Shown: piece by piece, positions 8,985-16,519 of the stretch | Layout of the letters: the number at the start of each line of letters is the position of its first letter | Position numbering within the stretch: position 1 is the stretch's first letter | Virus record (IMG/VR): IMGVR_UViG_3300042301_001596 | Location: 1,441 to 65,440 of that record | Length of the DNA: 64,000 bases | Strand: one strand, 5' to 3' | DNA from: a virus | Taxonomy: Duplodnaviria > Caudoviricetes | Notes under the pieces: generated by a model | The model's database searches: none | The model's input: only the letters and a program-made list of their open reading frames with translations | Told to the model about the DNA's origin: nothing | Position numbers and translations under genes: made by a program

Positions 8985-9910
8985 ATTAAAACCGATTTTT
9001 TAGCTGTTTCTTGTATTATATCCCAATATTTTTTACTGGCAGTACCTTCTTTTATATCTAATGTTGCACTATAAGGCAACTGGTTCATGTACTCTGCTTT
9101 ATAGAATAAGCCACCGGCAGATGTAACAACACCGGCATTGTGAAATATATTTAATCTATCCCAATCCGCTTCGGTACTTGTACCCCATGAAAATTCTAGT
9201 TCTGGGTGACAAATGGTTTCTGCTCCACGTTTCCAGCCGTTCCACAAAACCGCCCACATGTCTGCGCACCATATCTGTAACTCATGATGAGTTGGATCTA
9301 ATTGCTTCTTTTGATTATTGAGGTGCGTTACTTCATAAAATAATCTTTCGCAATCTCTTTCAACGTCCGCCCAAAACTGCGCATCAATACCTTTCATCAG
9401 GTACTGCGCTCCGATTGAGTTTAGTTCATTATCTTTTATGAGTGATTCAGGTATGTCCACTATCTCACACATTTTATCTATTACGTCTTGGCCTTTGCCT
9501 AATATGTAGCTATGTCCTATGTACCAGCGACAATCGGATCCGTACCACTTATCATCTTGTAGGAACTGCTCCCAATCTATTTTCTTTGTAAACGCAATGT
9601 CGCAATCGTGATAAAGAATAGCTTCACCATTCAAGTAATCATTTGCTTCAAAATGCTGCTTTAATATGTTTGGACGTATTGAGGATATGTAATGTCTGCT
9701 TTGTCTGGTATCTTCATAGAAAAAGAAACGAGCTGGATAATTAGCCGCTAGTTTGCTCCATTCTTCTGGTACTACATTGTTAATCTTCCAGCAAACAATA
9801 TCAATCATGTTGGGGTTGATACCCATTTCAATAAAGTTATTTATCATAACTTCTACTTGCCATGCATAATAAAGTGAGGTTGGTTGAGCGCAAATGAACC
9901 TTAATTTCAT
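8981..9910 (-). CDS. peptidyl O-glycosyltransferase-like protein (plant SGT1 GT96 / HPAT GT95-like)
   Basis: YYAWQ, YISSIRP, ILYHDCDI and WCADMWA parallel the SGT1/HPAT motifs WQ, YxxxNKP/NRP, LDADM and WxxEMY; start likely 9910. Confidence 0.6.
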   Translation of the reverse strand: MKLRFICAQPTSLYYAWQVEVMINNFIEMGINPNMIDIVCWKINNVVPEEWSKLAANYPARFFFYEDTRQSRHYISSIRPNILKQHFEANDYLNGEAILYHDCDIAFTKKIDWEQFLQDDKWYGSDCRWYIGHSYILGKGQDVIDKMCEIVDIPESLIKDNELNSIGAQYLMKGIDAQFWADVERDCERLFYEVTHLNNQKKQLDPTHHELQIWCADMWAVLWNGWKRGAETICHPELEFSWGTSTEADWDRLNIFHNAGVVTSAGGLFYKAEYMNQLPYSATLDIKEGTASKKYWDIIQETAKKSVLI

Positions 9911-9953
9911 GTATTTTTTTTCCAAAGTTAACCGACTTAATTAAATTAAAAAA

Positions 9954-10574
9954 TTATTTTTTGGAATAAAACTGAATCATGTGCTTGGCTATCTTTTCTG
10001 GCACTCTTTTGTAGCTTTTTTGGAAAGTAGTTGGAGCCATATTTATTAGAACTTGATCTCTGTAAATATCAGTAGGGAACTTCTTTAACTTATCCATTAG
10101 ACCATAGCTATAAAGGTATATATTAGCCTTTTGGGTATACAATGATAGGTTAATTGGCAACCCCCATTTCTTTATCTTTTCCACCGCTCTCATCTCACAA
10201 TCCTTTTCTAATTCTATCATGTCATCAAGCATCTTGGACACCTGACTCTTATTCATAATCTTATCTCCTGAGAGCCATGCCCACATATTACCGCATGATG
10301 TACCCCATTTATCCCACCTTTCATCTGATTTCCATTGATCCATGTGAGAGGACTCGTGTACTAATATTTCGGACCACATGGCAAATGGCTTACCACAAGC
10401 AACCACCAGAACTTTATCATCTCCGTCAAAGTAACCACCGCACTCTGTTTCAAAGTCACCAGTTACTACAACCTTTTTGCTTGGCGATAAGACAAGCTCT
10501 ATCTTATACTCCCTACATTGCCTTTTGACAGAATTGATAAACGGCTTAAACTTATCATCTATAGGGAATTTCAT
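9954..10574 (-). CDS. zincin-like metallopeptidase
   Basis: ILVHESSHMDQ (HExxH) with downstream ExDCE. Confidence 0.65.
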   Translation of the reverse strand: MKFPIDDKFKPFINSVKRQCREYKIELVLSPSKKVVVTGDFETECGGYFDGDDKVLVVACGKPFAMWSEILVHESSHMDQWKSDERWDKWGTSCGNMWAWLSGDKIMNKSQVSKMLDDMIELEKDCEMRAVEKIKKWGLPINLSLYTQKANIYLYSYGLMDKLKKFPTDIYRDQVLINMAPTTFQKSYKRVPEKIAKHMIQFYSKK

Positions 10575-10798
10575 TTATTTGGATTGTTGATTATTCTTTC
10601 TATGTACCAGATTGCTTTTTTTAGATCCTCCTTCCCTCCTTTACGCTTCCACCTCCACAAATACTTTATGGCATTGCCAATGGCAAATGCTTCATCTCCG
10701 TCCAACCCTTTTATTGCTTCGTCAATTGCGTCTATACACTCAATTTTTCCAACGTTATAATGTGCTGGGTGGTCTACTTTAGATAATCCTTCCTTCAT
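10571..10798 (-). CDS. DUF3310 family protein
   Basis: VDHPAHY...IECIDAI...GNAIKYLWR...EDLKKAIWY signature. Confidence 0.9.
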   Translation of the reverse strand: MKEGLSKVDHPAHYNVGKIECIDAIDEAIKGLDGDEAFAIGNAIKYLWRWKRKGGKEDLKKAIWYIERIINNPNK

Positions 10799-11777
10799 GA
10801 ATAGCTATATTGTTAACTTTAAAGTTACCATTCTTTTCTACTAAAATATGGGCAAATCCTAAATTGTGCTTTGTGCCATGTGGATCATAATCAGGAGCTA
10901 GTGTACAAAGACAACCAACTGACCATGTACCAATTGTTTCTCCTTTCAGGGTTTTCTCAACGTGATGGCTAGTGGTATGCACATGGCCTATAATTGCATT
11001 TGATTTAACGCGTAAGAACAATCCTCTTGCTGCGTTTACTGGGGCAAATACTCCACGAATCATAGTATGACCATGATGCATCTGCAACTTACCGGCCATT
11101 AAAACTACATGCTCCGCAAAGAATTTAACACCCAACTCATCAAGTTTCATTCTTTGTGGCAAGTGGTAATACTCATCACTAAATAAGATTGGAGCCTTCT
11201 TTATTAAATAGCGTTTAATCCACGCGTCATGATTGCCCTCAATCCAATAGAATTTAGCTTTTGGAAATTGATATTTTAGATATTCTATAAATTGTTTTGC
11301 ATACTGGAACCATGTTCTTACATCATCAAGTCCGGGCGGTGGCGCATCATGGCTTGTAAATGGAGTGTTATCCAATATATCACCTCCCAGAACAATGCAG
11401 TTTACATCATTCTTCTTACCATATTCAACGGCTAATTCAATAGCTTCATTGTCTTGGTTAGGTATGTGAACATCAGAAAGCCAAAGAATGTTATTACACT
11501 CTTTTGGTAGAATTTGAAATTCTCTTTCCTTACAATTTGAAGGAGGTAGTTGTGGTTTGTGGTCCATCATATTTCTTGTGAGTTTTCTATTTTTCCCACC
11601 GATTGCGCCAGTAATAGTTCTAATCATTGTTCTAGCAACTTCTGGACTATCAAACAGATGAGGATATCTTTCAAATGCTATCTTACCCAAATTAGCTTTA
11701 GAACTATTAGGGAAAGCTAATAAAAGCTCCCTGATTATTTTATTCTTAACTGTTGGGCCTGTATGTTGATTTGGCAT
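10779..11777 (-). CDS. calcineurin-like metallophosphoesterase
   Basis: SDVH, GGDILD, GNHD, HGH and GHVH motifs. Confidence 0.9.
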   Translation of the reverse strand: MPNQHTGPTVKNKIIRELLLAFPNSSKANLGKIAFERYPHLFDSPEVARTMIRTITGAIGGKNRKLTRNMMDHKPQLPPSNCKEREFQILPKECNNILWLSDVHIPNQDNEAIELAVEYGKKNDVNCIVLGGDILDNTPFTSHDAPPPGLDDVRTWFQYAKQFIEYLKYQFPKAKFYWIEGNHDAWIKRYLIKKAPILFSDEYYHLPQRMKLDELGVKFFAEHVVLMAGKLQMHHGHTMIRGVFAPVNAARGLFLRVKSNAIIGHVHTTSHHVEKTLKGETIGTWSVGCLCTLAPDYDPHGTKHNLGFAHILVEKNGNFKVNNIAIHEGRII

Positions 11778-12376
11778 TATGCTAAGGTACTATGGAATAC
11801 ACTAAACTTATCCTTTCTATCATCAAGACCATGGGTTCCTCCGTTTACACGCTTTGTTACTGCAACTACTACATCATGGCTATGCCCTTTGTCGCACACG
11901 TCCCATAATTTATTCTTATGGAAGAAGAAGGCAGCAGAAGTAAGTGGATATTTGGTAGCCACTAGATCAGGATTAGCCATAATATCATCATCTACAAATT
12001 TATCAAACGCTGCGTAATTATCCTTACCAGTAAGCTGGATATAACCACGACCTCTGAATTTAAAACCATCTCCACTAGCTTCATCACCATTACCCATGCG
12101 GCCACCATAAACTTTGTTAGCAATTTTTTCAGGTTGTCTTGCATATTTTTCTGCTGCTTCTAAAGTTGGGAAATACTTAGGAAAAATCTTACGAAGCCCA
12201 TCAGCAGAGTAGTTCAAGTTTTCTTTTACAAACTTAAAGTTACCGCTTTCATGAGCGCATTGAGAAAGGAAATGAGATAATCTTAATGGACCATCTATGT
12301 TAAATTTCTCAATGATTAAAGGTATTTCTTCCATTACGTTTGCCGGAAGTTTCTTGGATAACGCTTCTAATTTCAT
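11777..12376 (-). CDS. endolysin, glycoside hydrolase family 19
   Basis: FLSQCAHES, ENLNYS, FRGRGYIQLTG and VNGG motifs. Confidence 0.93.
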   Translation of the reverse strand: MKLEALSKKLPANVMEEIPLIIEKFNIDGPLRLSHFLSQCAHESGNFKFVKENLNYSADGLRKIFPKYFPTLEAAEKYARQPEKIANKVYGGRMGNGDEASGDGFKFRGRGYIQLTGKDNYAAFDKFVDDDIMANPDLVATKYPLTSAAFFFHKNKLWDVCDKGHSHDVVVAVTKRVNGGTHGLDDRKDKFSVFHSTLA

Positions 12377-12377
12377 T

Positions 12378-12818
12378 TTAATTTATTTGTGAGTATAGAA
12401 ATAATGTTAGCATAGCAAACAAAACAGAATTAAGCCTATGTAGTTTTATTTCAAAATCTACTGCCTTTTCGTACTTCTCGTAAATCGCGATGTTTTTATA
12501 ATATCTATTACGATAGTCGTTTAACGTATCGTTTGCTATTTTATTGCGTGTGCTTAAACTATCTCTTACCACAAATAAATCAATGCGTAAGCTATCCCTT
12601 GTCTTGATGTTAGCCCTAATTAAACTATCAATACGAGCTTCTCTTAATGTAACTAAATTGCTCACGCTATCAAACGCAGCGTTTATCTTTTCGCCTTCTG
12701 CTCTACTAATAACAATCTTTTCCTCGCCGCCTATCTTCTTAACGTATTGGGCGAAGCTGAAACTTGGTGCTATTAGTATCAACAGAATTAGCAGAGTCCA
12801 ATTTAGCCTTAACTTCAT
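12378..12818 (-). CDS. exported coiled-coil lysis protein (spanin-like)
   Basis: N-terminal signal/TM segment, C-terminal hydrophobic segment, adjacent to endolysin. Confidence 0.55.
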   Translation of the reverse strand: MKLRLNWTLLILLILIAPSFSFAQYVKKIGGEEKIVISRAEGEKINAAFDSVSNLVTLREARIDSLIRANIKTRDSLRIDLFVVRDSLSTRNKIANDTLNDYRNRYYKNIAIYEKYEKAVDFEIKLHRLNSVLFAMLTLFLYSQIN

Positions 12819-13029
12819 TTAGTTCTGTTTTTAATTCTTTAACTTCTTCTTTTAACGTAACAATAGTATTTACGGTTTTTGTAATTACCTTCTTGTTATC
12901 CTCAGATGCCACCCCTTGCGCCGTTTCACTTTGCAATTGGCTTTGTTTTACTTTGTCTTGCAACTCTTTGATTTGGTTATCGGCTTTGGTGCCACAACCT
13001 AACAAAGCTATGAATATAAAATAACGCAT
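12739..13029 (-). CDS. lipoprotein, putative spanin component
   Basis: lipobox MRYFIFIALLG-C, coiled coil, overlaps the neighbouring gene by 80 nt. Confidence 0.55.
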   Translation of the reverse strand: MRYFIFIALLGCGTKADNQIKELQDKVKQSQLQSETAQGVASEDNKKVITKTVNTIVTLKEEVKELKTELNEVKAKLDSANSVDTNSTKFQLRPIR

Positions 13030-13322
13030 TACTTGAAGCTTTTAAGTGCTTTTAGGTCTACTGCCATTTCTAAACGAGCGGTACTCGCTGCATTACTGCT
13101 ATCACTTTTGCGCACCATTTCGTACAAAGCACCTATCTTTTCGTCTTGCTTTTCGTTACGCTTTGCGTTGTCTATATACAAGTAACTGATACCGCAGATG
13201 CATAAAAATAACATTCCAACAACTGGATTCTTGCTAAACTCTTTGAATGAAATAGGTAACGGGTTAGCTCCTATCTTTAAGCCTTCTGACTCTTCTGCTT
13301 TTTTTCTTACTGCTTTTGCCAT
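13029..13322 (-). CDS. single-TM protein of the lysis cassette
   Basis: PVVGMLFLCICGISYLY TM segment. Confidence 0.55.
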   Translation of the reverse strand: MAKAVRKKAEESEGLKIGANPLPISFKEFSKNPVVGMLFLCICGISYLYIDNAKRNEKQDEKIGALYEMVRKSDSSNAASTARLEMAVDLKALKSFK

Positions 13323-13582
13323 TATTTACGATCTTCTTTATTTTGTAATAATATTAGAATTTGCTCATTGCTCCTCTTGATGTCTTTAATATCATCTCTA
13401 ATTTCTTTCTTATCAGCTTCTAACTGGCCGATACGAACCTCATGGTTTTCATACTTCTTACCATCATCTTCAAATTTACCAGTTAACGCATAGTAACCAC
13501 CTAATATTGTGAGGATTACTATAATTAAAGATGTTTTTGATTGCCAAGTACGTTCAACTTGCTTTTCAATTGTTGCTTCCAT
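13322..13582 (-). CDS. single-TM coiled-coil protein (holin/antiholin-like)
   Basis: LIIVILTILGGYY TM plus coiled coil; start likely MEATIE at 13582. Confidence 0.55.
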   Translation of the reverse strand: MEATIEKQVERTWQSKTSLIIVILTILGGYYALTGKFEDDGKKYENHEVRIGQLEADKKEIRDDIKDIKRSNEQILILLQNKEDRK

Positions 13583-13583
13583 T

Positions 13584-13844
13584 TTATTCAGATGTTTTAT
13601 TGCCCTTAAAGTTTCCAATTAAATCTCCTATCTCCTTTACAGAAGCTAATCCTAAAGAGGTACATACCAAAGTAACAGTACCCCATACCAATGATTCGGC
13701 TGGAACTACATGACTTTCGCTATGTGAATTTGAATAAAGTGTCCAGTATAAGAAACCGGCACCAACAATTCCTACTAATCTTTTGCTTGAATTTGGGCTA
13801 TCTGCTGAGAAAAACCCTGCTACCCAATTGAATAATTTTTTCAT
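13584..13844 (-). CDS. putative holin
   Basis: SSKR motif followed by two TM helices; located in the lysis cassette. Confidence 0.65.
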   Translation of the reverse strand: MKKLFNWVAGFFSADSPNSSKRLVGIVGAGFLYWTLYSNSHSESHVVPAESLVWGTVTLVCTSLGLASVKEIGDLIGNFKGNKTSE

Positions 13845-13923
13845 ATAAATAATGATATTAAGAGTATAATAATAACGTAAACTAAAGCGAATACATACCC
13901 CTTGATATTATGATTTATACGTT

Positions 13924-14361
13924 TCATTTTTTGAGCTTTGTATAAATGTAAATAACAAGTAGGGCAATAAGAATAAATAACAAGAACTTATAAAAGTTAT
14001 TGGCCATTTTCTTCTTATCTTTTTCAACTATGGTTTTTGTGATTGTTTCTGCCTTTGAAATATTGGCAGAATCCTTTTTGGTTAGCTTGGATTCGGATTG
14101 CTTCTCGCGGCTGCCAGAAGTCCAAGTTTCTGTATACTTTGGAATGGTTATCATACTATCTTTAGTTACCCATAAGGTATCGTAGTATGTTATTGTTTTA
14201 GTAAAGTATTGTTCTTTTTCTATGACCTTTGTAACGCTGTCATAAAACGTAACTTTCACACTATCAATGGATCTGGTTACTGTGCTGTCCATTCTCCTCT
14301 CGGTTTTCTTAACCGAAGCGCAGCTACAGAAAAAAATCATTATGATAGCGAGTCTATTCAT
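13924..14361 (-). CDS. putative unimolecular spanin
   Basis: N-terminal lipobox (FFCS-C), Thr/Val-rich beta-like middle, C-terminal TM followed by KLKK. Confidence 0.65.
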   Translation of the reverse strand: MNRLAIIMIFFCSCASVKKTERRMDSTVTRSIDSVKVTFYDSVTKVIEKEQYFTKTITYYDTLWVTKDSMITIPKYTETWTSGSREKQSESKLTKKDSANISKAETITKTIVEKDKKKMANNFYKFLLFILIALLVIYIYTKLKK

Positions 14362-14409
14362 CTATCAAAAATAACTTTTTTCTGTCAAATTCTGCTAAAT
14401 TTATATAAA

Positions 14410-14787
14410 TTAATAAGCGTTATATGATTTTTCCTCCACAATGTCGGACTTGTATTTAATGTTAATCTCTCTTTTTATGGCTGCTCTTTGGTCATTTAGC
14501 CTGTAAACCTGTCTTGCCAAAAAGACAAATAACTTATCAAACTCACTGTCATTTTCGCAATCTCGGAGCGAATCCTCTACCACCCATAACTGCCTGTTTA
14601 TATCCAAAAGCCTATGTGTTAGCTTGTCTGCTGCCAGCTCCTTGAAGTTCTCTTTGATTACTTGGTTAATGTACTTCCACTCTTTCTTAATGTTAATCTG
14701 CTTTTCCTCGTCTAAAATTTCAAATGATTTGATGGTTAAGATGGTGAACTTGTCGGCTATTTCGCCAATGCTTACTTCTATTTTCAT
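14410..14787 (-). CDS. DUF6165-like protein
   Basis: EVSIGEIADKFTILxIK...LWxxED...ARxVYxLNDxRAxIKxxIN...EEKSY signature. Confidence 0.8.
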   Translation of the reverse strand: MKIEVSIGEIADKFTILTIKSFEILDEEKQINIKKEWKYINQVIKENFKELAADKLTHRLLDINRQLWVVEDSLRDCENDSEFDKLFVFLARQVYRLNDQRAAIKREINIKYKSDIVEEKSYNAY

Positions 14788-14799
14788 AATAATTATTTT

Positions 14800-14857
14800 A
14801 GGCAAAGATATATTTATTTAATTAAATTAATTACTTTTGCTTAATTAAATTAATTTT
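14800..14857. promoter_or_regulatory. divergent Bacteroidota-type promoters with two TTAATTAAATTAATT boxes
   Basis: TATCTTTG on - (14803-14810), TACTTTTG on + (14832-14839); boxes at 14818 and 14841. Confidence 0.7.
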
Positions 14858-16213
14858 ATGCCAACTAGCTTTCAATTCTTCAAACAAGAGGTAAGGGATT
14901 ACATAGTAGATAACGTAGACATAAACAAAAAGATATTAGATGTGGGGGCTGGTATTGGCACCTATTCTGATATGCTAAAAAACTATGGTTACTACATGGA
15001 TTGCGTAGAGATATACGAACCTTATGTAGTTAATTATCAATTAGATAAGAAGTACAACAATGTATTTATACAAAGCGTAGTTGGTTTCCATTTTGACTAT
15101 TACGAGTTCATTATCATGGGTGATGTGCTTGAGCATTTATCTGTGGAAGATGCACAAAGTATCATCAGAAAGATAGTCCATAGCGGTAAGCAATGTCTGA
15201 TAGCGGTGCCATATCTTATGGAACAGGGAGAGCATGAAGGTAACATCCATGAAACCCATTTGCAGCCTGACTTAACTCCGGCAGTCATGGAAACCAGATA
15301 CCCAGAACTTAGATTACTTTATGCTAACCAGTATTATGGCTACTATGTAAACAGAACCCATAAGCATGAGAAAGCCTACCTATTGTACGCTGATGACTCT
15401 TATTTTGATTTGGTCCAAGTATGCGCTGAATCTATCCGTAAGTTCAGCAGCCTACCGATATTAGTATACATGCTCAACTCTGATAAGAAGATTCCCGACA
15501 TAGAAGATACCAAAACAATTAGATGGGATTGTGATGTAAAGCACCTGAAACAAAGGTCCGACTACATTGATAGATCCAATAAAAGCATCTACAAACTACT
15601 AATACAAAGACCTTTAATAACCAAACATGCACTTGAAAACTATGCTGAAACGATTGCGTATGTGGATTCTGACTCTGTGGCTAGTCCATTTGTTGACAAC
15701 ATCTTTACTTTCTATAATGAAGAATCTAGTCACCCCTATTTTACAGAAGGTATCTATGAATATCTTATGGTCAATGGTAGAGGCGGCGCTGAAAGTAGGG
15801 CGGATTTAAGCACTACATTAGAAGCACCAGCCTGTGAGCTATTCAATATAAACCAGTATGTCCGTAACAGATACAGGCAAACAGGATATTATGTTGCAGG
15901 GCAGAACACCATTGAATTTTTAGATGAATGGTTCTGGATGTGTAACCACCCTAAAGTATTAAAGAACCACAACTATTACGCACCCTTCCATGAAGAAACC
16001 ATACTTCAAGCCCTTCTGTATAAGCGTATGACATTTTCAGGACTACCATACTGCTACATCAATGGACTACATAAAGACCTAAAATTTACTGGTCATGATA
16101 ATTTAATAGGGCCATGGATTAAAGTACCTTCACATAAAGAACATTTACTATTCTATCATGGAGAAAAGAACATTGAAAAGATTAAAGAATTTATAAACCA
16201 ACTAAACAAATAA
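14858..16213 (+). CDS. SAM-dependent methyltransferase fused to a GT-A glycosyltransferase
   Basis: ILDVGAGIG and GDVLEHL (class I MTase); AYVDSDS (DxD) and FYHGEK in the C-terminal domain. Confidence 0.8.
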   Translation: MPTSFQFFKQEVRDYIVDNVDINKKILDVGAGIGTYSDMLKNYGYYMDCVEIYEPYVVNYQLDKKYNNVFIQSVVGFHFDYYEFIIMGDVLEHLSVEDAQSIIRKIVHSGKQCLIAVPYLMEQGEHEGNIHETHLQPDLTPAVMETRYPELRLLYANQYYGYYVNRTHKHEKAYLLYADDSYFDLVQVCAESIRKFSSLPILVYMLNSDKKIPDIEDTKTIRWDCDVKHLKQRSDYIDRSNKSIYKLLIQRPLITKHALENYAETIAYVDSDSVASPFVDNIFTFYNEESSHPYFTEGIYEYLMVNGRGGAESRADLSTTLEAPACELFNINQYVRNRYRQTGYYVAGQNTIEFLDEWFWMCNHPKVLKNHNYYAPFHEETILQALLYKRMTFSGLPYCYINGLHKDLKFTGHDNLIGPWIKVPSHKEHLLFYHGEKNIEKIKEFINQLNK

Positions 16214-16216
16214 CCT

Positions 16217-16303
16217 ATGAAACAAATAGATGTAATTTTATTCATTATTATTACTTGGATAATAGGATTTTTAACAGGATATTTTAAAGCTAAAAACAAA
16301 TAA
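16217..16303 (+). CDS. tiny single-TM protein, not in ORF track
   Basis: MKQIDVILFIIITWIIGFLTGYFKAKNK; flanked by the direct repeat AAACAAATAACCTATGA. Confidence 0.45.
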   Translation: MKQIDVILFIIITWIIGFLTGYFKAKNK

Positions 16304-16306
16304 CCT

Positions 16307-16519
16307 ATGACACCAAAAGAAAAAGCACAAGAATTATTTGATAAAATCTACAATATAAGTGGCTTAACAAAAGAATCTAAACAAATTTCATTAATAGCAG
16401 TAGATGAAATATTAAAAGAATATGCACACGCAGAAAATCATATTGAAGATATTATGGGTAAAATAAGTATCTATATAAAGTATTGGCAAGAAGTTAAAAC
16501 AGAAATAGAATTATTATGA
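16307..16519 (+). CDS. MTPKEKA-family small phage protein
   Basis: MTPKEKAQEL...AVDEIL...YWQEVKxEI; paralog at 59623. Confidence 0.7.
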   Translation: MTPKEKAQELFDKIYNISGLTKESKQISLIAVDEILKEYAHAENHIEDIMGKISIYIKYWQEVKTEIELL

